Source of the DNA: Syncephalis fuscata S228
Taxonomy: Eukaryota; Fungi; Zoopagomycota
NCBI GenBank assembly: GCA_025786725.1
Contig: JAHLTZ010000025.1
Location: 124,001 to 188,000, forward strand
DNA: 64,000 nucleotides
Direction: 5' to 3'
This document shows positions 42,101-59,955 of this stretch, piece by piece (positions within the stretch are counted from its first letter, which is position 1; each line of letters starts with the position of its first letter). Made by a program: the position numbers and the translations under genes. Under the pieces are notes generated by a model that made no database searches, had not been told where the DNA came from, and worked only from the letters and a program-made list of their open reading frames with translations.

Positions 42101-43411
42101 TACCTGTCTTTGTATATCGTATCGATAGCACACAGAAAGAGGCGGCATTAGAGGCATTAAGTGAAGTGAGTCAGCATCCACAAGGCATTAAAGTATTACG
42201 TAAAGATGCTTGGGAACTATTCTTGATAATAGTTTCTTTCCTATGTCGATTACTACAGCGGCACCATTATGGACACGCATTGTTGGTAAATTGATGGCTA
42301 CTGAACGTGAGCGTATCGTTGACCTACTGGGTAAGTTTGTATAAATGGTAGATTTCTGTAGTAATATGGCTATACTAGGTCGTATATCGACATTTAGCGG
42401 TGCCACTACACTATTTACCAATAGGGAGACAGAAGCATTGGGACGTGCACAAGCATTGCGTCGATTTGCATTTGCGGTCCATTGTGGTAAACCGGGTCAA
42501 TATTTACATCAATTGCCTAGTATGCAAGAAAAGTTGGTTGAATTAATGAAATTACCTAGCAATAACATTGTACACGTTGAAGTAAGTAGCTTAATAGAAA
42601 TGGATAGTAATAGTTGGTGATTAATAATGGATTAGATGTATTTAGCATTACGTGTGTTATTCTGTCGTATTCCAAGTCAAAATCTTGCCAACTTTCTTCC
42701 GGTTTTAATCACTGAAACGGTGGGTATTAACTACGGATTAATTAAATCTATGCGATATGAATTTAATTACTAATACAACGAATGATTCGAAATAGCGACG
42801 ACTATTTCTACAAGTGTATATGAATAAGGAGATTGATCTAGGCCTGACCAATGTTGTATTGGCCGCCTGTAAATTTATTGATTTATTATTTGCCCTTAAT
42901 CCTAAAGAATTCCGCATGTAAGTTATAGTTGGATGATAGCAATTTAAATAGTAATATATGTATATATGTATATGTATAGCCACCAATGGATATTTGTTAC
43001 TGAATCGGAATTGGATTTCAATATACCGAGTGAATATGAACAAACGATGAATGATGTAAACATTGGATTACAGTCGGGTCTATTTGATTTATTAGCAAAA
43101 CGATTTTCATCGAATGTACCATCTGAAGCTGATTTTGTAAGTAATACTAATGATAGATTAATGGATTATTAATATATTTATATTAATATGTTTATATTTT
43201 TTAATAGTTGGTAACCACCAGTCAGTATAGCTCTTCTCGACATTTACAACGACGTCCAATGATTTCACTACATCGAATTGGTGATCTACGTGAATTGGGA
43301 GCCTTTTTCCGTCAAATTGGTGAACATACACGTCGTATGACCTTATCATTGGCCAAACCGGATATACTGGCCATTGAAGCAAATCTATTAGCTGATCTAG
43401 CCTATCCGTAG
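36111..43411 (+). CDS. DOP1: Dopey-family membrane trafficking protein
   Basis: N-terminal Dopey domain ([71 protein letters not shown]) and C-terminal LRRFAF...[24 protein letters not shown]. About 25 introns. Confidence 0.93.
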
Positions 43412-43455
43412 AGAATATTAAGCGTTAAGATAGTTAATAATAAACATACACAAAT

Positions 43456-43490
<35 letters not shown>

Positions 43491-43603
43491 TCTATTCCAA
43501 ACATGTCATACTATCGATGTTTTATTCGGTCAATCGACAATAAATGAATGAATGAATGAATAATGGTAGTAACAGCTAGTTCAATGGTTTAATAGATACA
43601 CGC

Positions 43604-44874
43604 CTATTGGAGGGTGTAGGCCGGTACGCGCATAGATCTTGCTTGATCTTGGTATTCATAGTGTAGATCGTTGACATCTGTACGGCCTTGGTATTCCCAT
43701 CCTTCTTGTTTAACGTGATACACTAATAAAGAAGATGCGTTTAATGACAAGTATACGAGTAAAGTAGACGTGAATGCATGCAACTTACCATTAACATTAC
43801 CACCAGAGTAGGCATCACGATGTGTAGCGTGGTAGATGGAACGACGACCCAATTCGATGGCATCAGCAACTGACATGTCATAGTCGTAGGCACTGTCCAT
43901 AACACCATAGGCAAAAGTAGAACCAGATCCTACAGAAAAGATATTGCCCTTAAGACGAGTACCATCAGAATCAACGTAAAACAATCCTGGTCCCTAAACA
44001 TTAAGTAAATTAATTAGTAATGTATTTAATAATATATTAATAATAATAGTAAAATGTTAATTACACTTTTATCCCAACCAGTAATCATAGTACCCTATAA
44101 TAAATAAAATGATCAATATATATATATATATAATACTAATAGAATTACCATAGACAATCCCATGCCTTTGTAGCTGTAGACAATATTGGATAGAATTTTA
44201 GAGGCCGCAGCAACTGAGATACGTTCTTTATTGCGCAACTGATGCAATCTAGTAATATTATAATGTAGTTAGTTACAATATAACACTGTTAATACAAATG
44301 TCCTACCGACAACGACGGCCCAATTCACGTTCCCAATAGGAACAATCGGCAGCACCACCAGCCATTGTGCCCAGTAGATATGGATTGATTTCAATAACCT
44401 TTTTGACCGTTTGTGTTGCTATCATAAAAAGTAATATATAGATAAATAAATATATACAATAGATTAATATATAATAGATTAATATTAATCAGTATTACTT
44501 ACAGATATAGGCACCGGCTGTGGCACGAGAGTCGACTGCCACAATAATGCCTTTAGCAAACTCAAAAGCTAGTGTAGTTGTACCGTGTTGAATCTTGACA
44601 CGGCAATCGTCTTGTGAACTATCATCAGTCTGGCGTTGTAGAAAACCGACTGGCTACAATATAGATAGTTATAGATAGTTATATATGTATATGTATATAG
44701 TTCTATAATATTATGACTTACATCAGTGCATGGTGGTAGTTCAAATTGAGGCATAGCAAACTCATCAGCTGCATCCCAACGGCCTAATAAGTCGCGATTG
44801 CCACTAAGTAGGCCACTTCGATGAGAGCTTAAGAGATCATCACCGCTGGCAAACCGGGATACAAGAGAATTCAT
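43604..44874 (-). CDS. PRE2: 20S proteasome subunit beta 5
   Basis: Propeptide followed by [51 protein letters not shown] and [11 protein letters not shown]. Confidence 0.96.
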
Positions 44875-45178
44875 ACTATTTATGTTGTAGTATTGCTATG
44901 GTAGTGATTCAAGAGTAAATAAAAGAGAATAGTTAGGATCACAAGTATATACGAGTACAATAGAATAGATGAGTGAACAAGTAGTTATGGTCACTGTTGT
45001 GGTTACTATTGCTATCACTGTACTCAGTAGTAAGTAGAGATAGAGAGAGAAGAGAGAGAAGAATGAAGATAGCGTGCGTGTAAGAGAAATAATACGATGG
45101 ATGACGTGGCCCTTTTCTCCTCTCTTTCACACTTTTACCACTATTTGACTCTCGACTTCATCTTGATCTATTACCAAA

Positions 45179-46170
45179 ATGAATCAGTATGCAAACAATC
45201 TAGCCTCAGATGGCATCAATGCGGTAGCCGGACCTGTACAGCATCGTTTCGATCCATATGCTGATAACGGCGGGTAAGATGACCGACTATAACACTCTTT
45301 AGTAGTCGCAGTATAATAACTAGTGTTTAGAACCATTCTTGCTGTGGCTGGCGCGGACTTTTGTGTCGTTGCCGGTGATACACGCCAAAGTGAAGGCTAT
45401 TCAATCAACTCACGTTATGCACCAAAAGTATTTAAAATGCAAGTAGTCAATAGCAATAATAGCAATAATACTAGCAATAATAGTAGTAGTAGATTAGTAA
45501 CATATCTAATATTTATTCATTAATACTGTATATTAGGCATAATAATGTAGTCCTGGCCAATAGTGGATTTCATGCCGATGGTTTAATGTTGGCTAAACAG
45601 CTTAATCAAAGAATTGAGGTAATTAATTGATCAATTGTTAATAATGTGAATATTTTGTTTAATTTGATTTAATTTATTATATTTAAAAGTGGTACCATCA
45701 TGCTCATGAGAAAGAGATGTCAACAAAGGCATTTGCCCAAATGTTATCCAGTACACTGTACGGTAAACGATTCTTCCCCTACTATACATTCTGTATTGTA
45801 GGTGGTTTAGATGCCGATGGTAAAGGGGCAATTTACGGCTATGATCCAGTTGGTTCATTTGAACGTTATACTTGTCGTGCAGCCGGTTCAGCTCAGAATC
45901 TAGTGCAGCCTTTCCTTGATAGTCAGGTAATTGGCCATTATAATATACGGGTGATTACCATTTAATGTTACTATGTTATTGTAGGTTATGTTGAATGGAC
46001 AAAAAGATGCGCATATACAATCGCTATCCATTGATACGGTCATTCGTATTGTTAAGGATGCTTTTACCTCGGCCACTGAACGTGACATTTACACTGGCGA
46101 CTATATTGAAATGCATATCATTACAAAGGATGGTGTAGAAACACAGTTGCATCCATTGAAGAAAGATTAA
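45179..46170 (+). CDS. PRE7: 20S proteasome subunit beta 6
   Basis: [44 protein letters not shown] and [15 protein letters not shown]...LKKD*. One GC-AG intron at 45439. Confidence 0.96.
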
Positions 46171-46488
46171 ATACACCATATTGTATTAACGAGTCGACGA
46201 CAATGACGTGTCATCCTCCCACCGATCTTTCTCTACACTTCATTCATTCTACAGCTTTAATAAAGACTTTTCGTTTTTCTCTGGCAAAACAGTCTAGGAT
46301 ATATTTATTCTTTGACTGTGGATAAAATTAGCATAATGCACCAAAAACAACGACGGTAACCATAGCGGCACTAAATAAACGCTAGTGCAGACCAGATAAC
46401 ATTGAGCAGAAGATGGTGGTCATATGCTTATACGAAGAGGCAGTGATAGGCAGTAAAAGTGAAGGGCACAAGACTGGCACATACACAC

Positions 46489-47680
46489 TTAGTACTTGCC
46501 AGACTCATAGGCGCGTACCTTCTTCTCTGCTGGCTTGGCCAACAGATCAGTGAACTCCTGGTATGGTGCCTTGGTGAACTTGGTCTCGGCCCACAGATCC
46601 GGAGTCAAGAAAGCGTAGGTGTTACCGATGGCGGCGAAGGTAGCCTTCACAAAGTTACCCAAGGTACGGGTAGAACCGCGAGAAGTGGTGTAGCAATCGG
46701 TAATACCGGCCAATTGCAAAAGCTTCTTGGGGACTGGGGCAGCAACGAGACCAGTACCGCGTGGAGCTGGGACGAGACGGCACAGAGTAGAACCGCACTT
46801 GCCGGTAACCTTGGCGGGGACGGTGTGTGGAGCACCGAGAGCGGAGCCCCAGTAGCCACGACGGACAGGGATGACCGTCAACTTGGCCAAGATGATGGCA
46901 CCACGAATGGCAGTGGCGACTTCCTTGGCGCACTTGACACCAAGACCGACATGACCATCGGAATCACCGATAACGACGAAAGCCTATAGTGTAATAGCGG
47001 TAACAATAAACATTATTGTTATTATTAATATTATTAAATATTATGCAAGTGTCAAATAATACACGTTAGTTATATTATAAATAATATAATACTCAGCATT
47101 AGTATAGACTTACCTTGAAGCGAGTACGCTGACCAGCACGGGTTTGCTTTTGGACTGGCATAATCTTCATTACTTCATCCTTGAGTTTTGGAAGGAAAAA
47201 GTCGACAATCTGGTACTCCTTGATAGGAAGCGAGAACAAATAAATTTGTTCAATCGACTTGATCTTGCCTTCCTTTACGAGACGACCGAGCTTAGTGACA
47301 GGGACCCATTCTTTTTCTTCGTCCCGACGACCACGACCACGGCCGCGTCCACGTCCGCGACCACGACCACGGTCACCACCGCGTCCGCGTCCGAAACCGC
47401 CGCGTCCTATAGAGTGGAAATAAACAAGCATATATGGTTAATCAACCGCTATTTATAGCACTAATTGTATAGCTATTGGTTATAGCCAAATAGTGTCGGT
47501 AGTATAAGTAGTTATATAGACTGTAGTAATATACTAACTAGCCACGACACAACAATGCTTATATTGTTGTGTCAACCATATTACTAATACGACTACTAAT
47601 ACAACGACTACTGCCATACCGTCACTATACACTTTTTATTACTTACCTCCGCGACTATCGGCCGGTCCAGAGTCAGCCAT
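46489..47680 (-). CDS. RPS2: 40S ribosomal protein S2 (uS5)
   Basis: RG-rich N-terminus, [35 protein letters not shown] and PAPRGTG. Strong codon bias. Confidence 0.97.
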
Positions 47681-47683
47681 TTG

Positions 47684-48236
47684 CTATAGTAGCGTTGGTA
47701 AAGCGCGTTAAATGTACACGGATTAAAATATCACGTATACAGTAACACGCGTCCAAAAGTTCCAATTGCCACGCAATCTGGTGTCAGTTAGCCAGCCACT
47801 CGATATACGCATATATACACCACACCCATTGAATATATGCCGTCGTAACTATGCCATTCTTACTATTAACAATAATAGGAATAGAAATAAAGAAAATGAA
47901 CACAAACAATAACTGCCCCTAGAGATAAACAAACAGTTGTATGTTATATGCTGAATGTCTCTAGGCCATAATCATCTTCTTGGTGTTCATACCGTCTTCT
48001 TCTTTAACTATAGTTGACGGCATATATGCACATTGCCTATTACCGGCCACTTTATTATAGCACATCCCTTTGCCGGCCACCACAGCCACCCATCCTACCC
48101 ATCTAGTATCAACCGGCTGTATACATCTGCACTGATCATATTGCCAATAGATATGCATACCAGTCGATAGCTAAATGGATGGATGGATGGATGGATGGAT
48201 GCCTATATGTATCTATTGATCCCTCTATTACTCACA
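47684..48236 (-). other. Probable ~550-nt 5'UTR intron of RPS2
   Basis: Minus-strand donor GTGAGT at 48236 and acceptor CTATAG ending 3 nt before the ATG. Upstream pyrimidine-rich exon ~48237-48345, CCAAT box near 48370. Confidence 0.6.
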
Positions 48237-48633
48237 TAATCCTTGCGTTGCGGAAGTGGTTTTCCAGTACCCGAATAGATGGGGTAAGATGGAGGATGCT
48301 GGCGAGAAGGAGGAAGCCGTAGGCTGAAGCGCTACACCGAAAAGTTTTATGATCCCATTCATCGTGATTGGCTGTAATCATTCTGTTATTTTCACCCATC
48401 ATCCCCTCTCACCACAGAATGAGATAGAGAAAGATAGAAAGTCTTCTTTGCCACTCACTCACACTCGCTCACACTCCTCGCCTTCCTATCTCGCCTCTTC
48501 AGCATCGTCATAGTTCTTCTAAATAATAATAGATATATATATATAAATACAAAACTATCAAATAAACAAATAAACAAATAACTTAATAAAAACTATTAGA
48601 CTTTTATTCTGTATAATTGGTCGCGTATACCGG

Positions 48634-50583
48634 TTACTCGGTAGTAGTGGTAGTAGTAGTGCCAAAATATTGCTGAATTTTGTCCACTTGTTCTACAGCT
48701 ATATTAAAGATGGGATGAACACGCTATATCAAACACCATACCAATAAATAGTATATTAGTATTTACTATTTAATATACGCTGATGAATACAAACTACCTT
48801 CATAGGTCCTAACATCTTGGATGCTGTCTCTTGTACGTCATCCGGTAAATCAGAGGTAATGCCATAGAACACTGTAGCCAATCCACTTAGGCCATAACAG
48901 GTATGATAGAAATCGGGCCATCTATAAATAATAGTATGTTATTATAGAGATGCTATACTATCATTGACTTTTATTGACAATAACTTACTTGCCCGGTTTA
49001 TCGATTAGACCACCACGCTTATGTTGACAACAATAAAGCATATAGTCTCGTAGTGCCTCTAGTAAGTGTGTGTGTGTGTGTGTGTGTGTCATGACTATTA
49101 GTCATAGTTATCGTCAATATGATTCATTATCATTTACCTCGATTCAGTAATAGACCATGAGATCGACCTGCATTTAAAATAGACAATTCTAGTATTATTA
49201 TACAATATACAAACAAACAGCTATATAATCATGTTACTTGCCAATATTTGCCGCGTATAATAGCGGAAATAGACCAGCACACCAAAAGGCATAACAGCCA
49301 TCAACTAGTTTGTTGGTACGACCTTGAAATCCGCCTTCATAAGACATTTGTCGTTGACTAGCCCATACCTAGTTATTTATAAAAATGATCAGTTATACTA
49401 ATAATAAATATTGTGCATAAGATAGCCTACAGTTAATGAGCGTAGATTAAGTTGTTCTTGTTGGTTCATAAGTAGCATGGCACCCAATCCACAAAATGTA
49501 TATCCACCATGTGCCTCAACACCAGGTCGACTGCCCAGCCCACCTTCATAAGTTTGACATCTACCCCTATTAGTACATCATTGTATAGTATATAGCTTTA
49601 ATAATAAGCCACCTTTGAATAAAACTGCTACAGTTCTCTAATAGTTCCGGCGTCATTATGTTCAAAAGTGATGCCACCGTTAACGCACAATAAGATCCTC
49701 TAATTAAAAGTGGATTAATTCATTTATGGGTTAAATAGCTGTATATTATAATTATAATTATAATTATTGTTAGCATTACCGTACGTCAATTTCCCCACCA
49801 TGACTCATAATAAATGAGCCATCAGGTTGTTTTAATGAAAGTAGCCACGAATACAATCTCTCTCTAATTAATTAGATATGTTATTAATCCATATTACTGT
49901 TATGTAGCATCACCCATTACCGATGAACCATATCGTAACCTTCACCGATAACTGTAATGGCTGCCACTGCAGCATAAGTGGGTGCCAAATGGGCCAACTG
50001 ATCAGGTCCACCGCCAAATCCACCATCAGGATGTTGACAAGTGGCCAGTGTATTCACCATACTAGATAGTATTGATTAATATACTGTATTTACTATTACA
50101 CATCTACACATCTATTACCGTAGTTTAAATGACAAATCAAATACCTCTTGCTCATGTTCATTGTCATCATCGCTTAATAGGTGAAGCGAATGAACAATCC
50201 AGAAACATAGCCACGGTTTACTTGCATCCAATGCTTCAAAATGATTGCTTAATTGATTCAAGCCTTGACGCACAAATCGCTTGTGCAATGAACGATAAAG
50301 GCTACACCATCAGTATTAGTTATCAGTGTTTTTATTGCTATCTAATACATTCAAACATACGCTATCTCTTGGTTCTGGTCTTCTAATTGTTCAAGAATAT
50401 CAAGGTACTGCTGTTCAACTCGTTGCTCTGTCGTTTCCTAAACACCATGAACAAGTTAATGATGAGTATGCAAAATAACAACCATATAGCGACCTGGTTC
50501 GCGGAAGTGTCAGTCGACAAGTTGTCGTCGTTGTAAGGTTCACCTTTCCAGGCAAAGGATACGGTTGGTGTAGTCTGTTCCAT
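48634..50583 (-). CDS. RAM1: Protein farnesyltransferase beta subunit
   Basis: LDASKPWLCFWIVHS, GGFGGGPDQLAHLAPTYAAV, GGEIDVRGSYCA, CQTYEGGLG, EAHGGYTFCG, FQGRTNKLVDGCYAFW and DKPGKWPDFYHTCYGLSG. Confidence 0.94.
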
Positions 50584-50773
50584 AGTGTATATTGTTAGAG
50601 AGTACTGCTGTTAAAGGAATAGTGACAATAACAATAATGTTAATTAATTATTAAGTGTGGTGTTTTATTAGGGCAATAAAAAAGGCGACGTTTCTTTCTT
50701 ATTTTATTGACTACTGTTACCGTGTCATTTGCCTTGTTGTTTTCGTGTTATTAACTACAAGATCTTACACAAC

Positions 50774-52833
<2,060 letters not shown>

Positions 52834-53175
52834 CAGCAATATTGATATCAACATAGCTAGTAATCAATCGATTACTTATGATTATATGTTTTTTGAGCCA
52901 TATAAACAAAATACTTATTTACACACATTTATATATACTATATGTATTCATTGCTTCAATACTGTAATAATGTGACACATCTAATTAAACGAACAATAAT
53001 GTATTCTTTATGTGGAATTGCACAAATTTACGTACACACACATGTATTTACGCCCACAACAAACAGATCGACATGAAGGGAAAGGGGCATAGGTACATAC
53101 ACACGTCTACATGTGTACACAAACACACGATGGCAATGAAGTGATGAAAGAGGAGAACGAATAAAAGATGACAAG

Positions 53176-55651
<2,476 letters not shown>

Positions 55652-56050
55652 GATGATAGAGTGGGGTCGAGAGAGTAAGAAGGTAAGTAGAAGATACTAC
55701 AGTAACAAAGCGCGGTCTGCAGTAATGCAAAGAATAAAGCGGGAAAGTGATGCAAAGATAGTAACAACGGAAGTAGAAGTAAAACAGTAGCGTGTGTTTT
55801 TGTAAGAGACAGTAGTAAGGTGGGCGCGAGATGAAAGACTGTAAAGTAACGAGAAGGACGAGGTGGTTTATCGAATGACCAGAGAAGAAGCAAGAGATGC
55901 GGTGTCGTTGACGAAGGACTATTTATGTCCGCCAGCCATCTTAAGCAGCTATGCGCTCTCATGGGCTTTCATTAAATTGGCCCATACACACTCAACCAGA
56001 TTGGCTTATAGTGGTGATGGTGGTGGTGGTGGTAGGCAGGTATGTATAGC

Positions 56051-56073
56051 GTGTGTGTGTGTGTGTGTGTGTG
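56051..56073. repeat. (GT)n microsatellite; another lies at ~49066-49089 in a RAM1 intron
   Basis: About 11 perfect GT units visible directly. Confidence 0.9.
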
Positions 56074-57077
56074 CGGAACGGGAAAAGGGGAGTTTGTGTG
56101 TCGCCAGTGAATGGTGAGAACACTTTAGCCATCAACCAATCAATACGGATATGGAACGGGATAAATATGGCAATGATTGGCCAGTTCCGATAAGCCTCGG
56201 CTCATTTGAAGTGCATCTACACACACTTCATGCTTGTATACCACACGAGAAGATATGTGTGTATGTGCGTGTTGGGATAGTCTTTTGTGTCATGCGGTGT
56301 AGAATAGCGAGGACGTTAATGTTATAGCCGGTTATATCCTGGCAACGCGCATTAATTACTGCGTCTAACTGGTAACGACTAGAGCGATACAAGGCAGCCG
56401 ATATACAAACCGAATATTGCAAAATTATCAACGGTATTGGCTCATCTATACACTATTCATAGATCTATGGCGTAGTAGTCGGAAGAGCTATATTTAGAGA
56501 GGCGGAATCCGTATATATTTTAGTTGAAACAAAGTGGACTAACAAATATTGTTATGCCGCATGACAGGAGTTTAAAAACACGTGGTGGTGGGATAATAAT
56601 AGAACATGCCAAGCAGCATTGTTGAACTAAAAAGATTAATAACTACAAGCATCGTTATTGCATCGTATGTGTGTTATTTCTACCAGATATCGCAGTAGGT
56701 GTGTTAGCGTGATGTATTATAATCAAAAAGAAAGGATAGTGCGATAGTAATTATATCAATTAATAAGGTATTCAGTTCATGTTAATAAAGATATGGATAC
56801 AATTTAAGAGTAAAGCTTTTATAGTTTATAATTACGTATTAAGTAGTAAAAAGAGTATTTTATTTATAGTTACGTTCTAAGTGTTGATGGAAAATAAAAC
56901 TAAAATAGAACTAGAATAGTATTGAGCTGAGCGTAGAATTTATGTTAAGTCTTTTTCAATAATAGTAACGTAACATAGCTATTTTAGTGCTCTCTTTGTT
57001 TTGAATATATTTTTATTAGTCGTTAGTTATTGGGTGTTATTATTATTATTATTTTAGTATAGTCATCTATATACAAT

Positions 57078-58275
57078 ATGATTACTGAAAAACTATGGAA
57101 TCGCATGCAGCGACAAGAGCGTATACTGAATAAAGCTTACGCAATACTGCCCTGGTTAAGGTAGTGTTGACTGTTGAGTGGTTCATTGAGCGTGTTGGGC
57201 TTATTCGCTCTATGGCCTATAGATATGTATCGCTTGTTGTAGGCATTGTGTGGTTTTTTGTTTTGCCGGTGCCTGAATACTCGCGAAATACATACATCTC
57301 TGAGAGTGCGCTATTGCCAGGACTGGTAAGATGACCTGAGAGTGTATGAGTACAAATACGCTACAAATACTTGCTACTGTCTATTAACTGAACTGTTATT
57401 GACAGCCATATACACGCTTCAGAAGCGAGAATGCAGATTGGGTAGTTGAATTTACAGCTGAATTGGACACATTACTGCAACAGAATAAAGGCGCTGAGTA
57501 AGTAATAGACGCGTAACAGTATTTACTACTAATATGTTAAACTATTAGTGCCATTAAGCGAGTCTACGATGAATTTAATCAATTGGGATTTACTACTGGC
57601 GAACAGCATGTGGATCCACGTTCTTCGAGTGATTATTTACACCAGCCAGCTGTCAATGTCTATGGAATTCTCGATGGACAGCGTGCTGATCATGCAGAGG
57701 CACTTGTGTTGGCAGCACCTTGGTTTTCGATTACTGGTCGATGTAAGTCGATAGATGTACAGTATGAGTAACTGATTTAGTCACTAACATACTATATAGC
57801 AAATGCCCGTGGCATTGCTATGATGCTAGCAATTGCCAAAGTATTCAAAGGTCGGTCATCATTAATGATACTGCGTTTGAATGACTAACACACATATAGA
57901 CTTGACAATGTGGGCCAAGGATGTGGTATTTGTTATACCAGCTGGAGAACAAGGCCAGATTGACTGGCTTAGTGCCTATCATAATACGACAGGTAAATCA
58001 ATTGGAATATATTGATTGTAAATAGTAAAAGTAACTGAAATAAGCGTGACAGCCATTGAAAGCTAACACATATGCTGCTGTTTGACATATATGGAATTGG
58101 TGCTGTAACTATATCAATTCGCAAAATGTCAGATGGTTGGGGAGTTGATTAGAGACTATTTAATTTGTAAGTAATTGTAAGCAAGGATAAATGTTAAATG
58201 TATTAACTATATGAATAGTAACTCTGTCGATGGTTACAGCTTTATAGAATTAGCACTTAAAAGATTTAATAAGAA
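57078..58275 (+). pseudogene. Truncated, inverted duplicate of GAA1 (near-identical 5' part plus degenerate 3' part)
   Basis: ~57045-58030 matches the reverse complement of ~14673-15658 almost base for base. About 420 bp of GAA1 is then missing. 58040-58275 aligns only loosely to ~14250-14030, with an in-frame TAG (GATTAG vs GATCAG). Confidence 0.85.
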
Positions 58276-59955
58276 ACCAGTCGATTTAGCAGTTTTGTTT
58301 ATATTTATTAAATGTATGTTGAGTGATATCATTACACTTGCTATCCTGTCATCTCAAACGCAATCCACAGCTGATGACTCAGATGTAAGTGAATTAGTAT
58401 GTTAATTTGTTATATCTCTGTATGGGCACATTGTCCAAATAAAATATAAATATTATGATGATATGGCTGCTTGTACAATTGCATACATCGGCATGCATGT
58501 GTTTGTGTTTCTGTGTGCATGTTTAAAGTATTTTGGGCACTATAATAATTGCATCAGTATGATCATTCAAATAAAATGTTAATTAGAATGCATATTTGAT
58601 GTTTAATGTATATATCATGCATTGAATAGTGCTTTTAGCCACTAATACAATAGCTATACATAATTTATAAAGTAGATAATATAACATTAAGCAAATTAAC
58701 AAACTATTATTAATTAATGAAAATATTAGCATCTATGTATATAGGAATATTGCAGTAACGAATAAACAATGATGCACGGATATGGGCATAATAATATATT
58801 CAGATGCAGTGCCAATACTGACTAGTAAGCGTAATGGATAGCCATTGGTTATAGATACTGTTCAGTAGTTATGATGACTATTTGTAAATATATACATTGT
58901 ATTACTGAACAAATAAGTTATATTTGAATATTATCTGTTTCTGTGTTGTCTAGTAAATTGCATTTGATGTACACAATTATAACAAAATGCAGACAATAAA
59001 CGGTATTTCTAATGGATAATATTGCTAAAATAGCCACAACTTGTTTAATGCATCATTGATTTTAAATTGCAAGACATAAAAACACAGCCTGAATACATAA
59101 TGTATAACTGCAATTTCAAACCTATTATTCTATTCAGATTATTGCCATATAAATCATTTGCACAACAGGGCTCTGGCTGATTAATATGCCACGAACTGTT
59201 ACTGTGCATTCAGCTTTGAGCATATCTGACTAGAGCAGTCTGATAAACATGGTTCAACATTTTGACATATAGCTACATGCCATTTAATAGCATTGCAATG
59301 AAAACAAACGGTTTATTTCTGTAATCAGATTACAATGTCAAATTAACTGTATATGCAAACCAGTCGGTCCATTTTAGTAACTTTAAAAGTAAAAGTTTAC
59401 TACACTAGTATTACTGTTGCATTGGTGCCCCACGCCATTTTGGATGCATGAAAAGGTTGGGAATTGAGTTTGCTGGTGAAAACGACAATAAAGACACAGA
59501 ATGTGCCATCATTGTTTCTGTAGAACCGATGTATTTAGTCAGCATCACGCGGTCAAAATGCATATCAGCACTGTAAAGGTTGATAGATGTATTTATACTG
59601 TACATGTATTGAATGATTGAAATTGCTACATTATTTGCACAAATGCTGAACAGGTTGAAGTGAGGCTATGGTTACACAATACTATACCATCAATATGTTT
59701 GTATGCATATGATTCAAGCCCTCACATAAATGACCAGTTATAGTTTCATATTGCACATTAATGGTGTAGTTCATGCAGTACAACATGTTGCCATCTCGGC
59801 ATAACCATAGATTTAAATAGCCCACAAGATACACACAACCAACTAGTAGTTTATCATCACACTCTACTTTCTGCTAAATACTCACTACTACCCACTCTAT
59901 ATCGTCACACTCTATTGTTCATTTTACTTGTTTGTTCTAACAAATCAATATTATC

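Noticed and set aside
46459-46989. 176-aa ORF antisense to RPS2, and similar antisense ORFs over GFA1 (53305-55372)
   Set aside because: Shadow ORFs expected from strong codon bias in highly expressed genes; no protein-like features.
56460-56520. GC-richer patch checked as a tRNA
   Set aside because: No cloverleaf or T-loop GTTCRA consensus; no tRNA or rRNA recognised anywhere in the window.
58400-59900. Possible genes or a transposon upstream of the micro-exon gene (ORF 59411-59605)
   Set aside because: No recognisable domain, terminal repeats or coherent splice structure; probably promoter or intergenic DNA.
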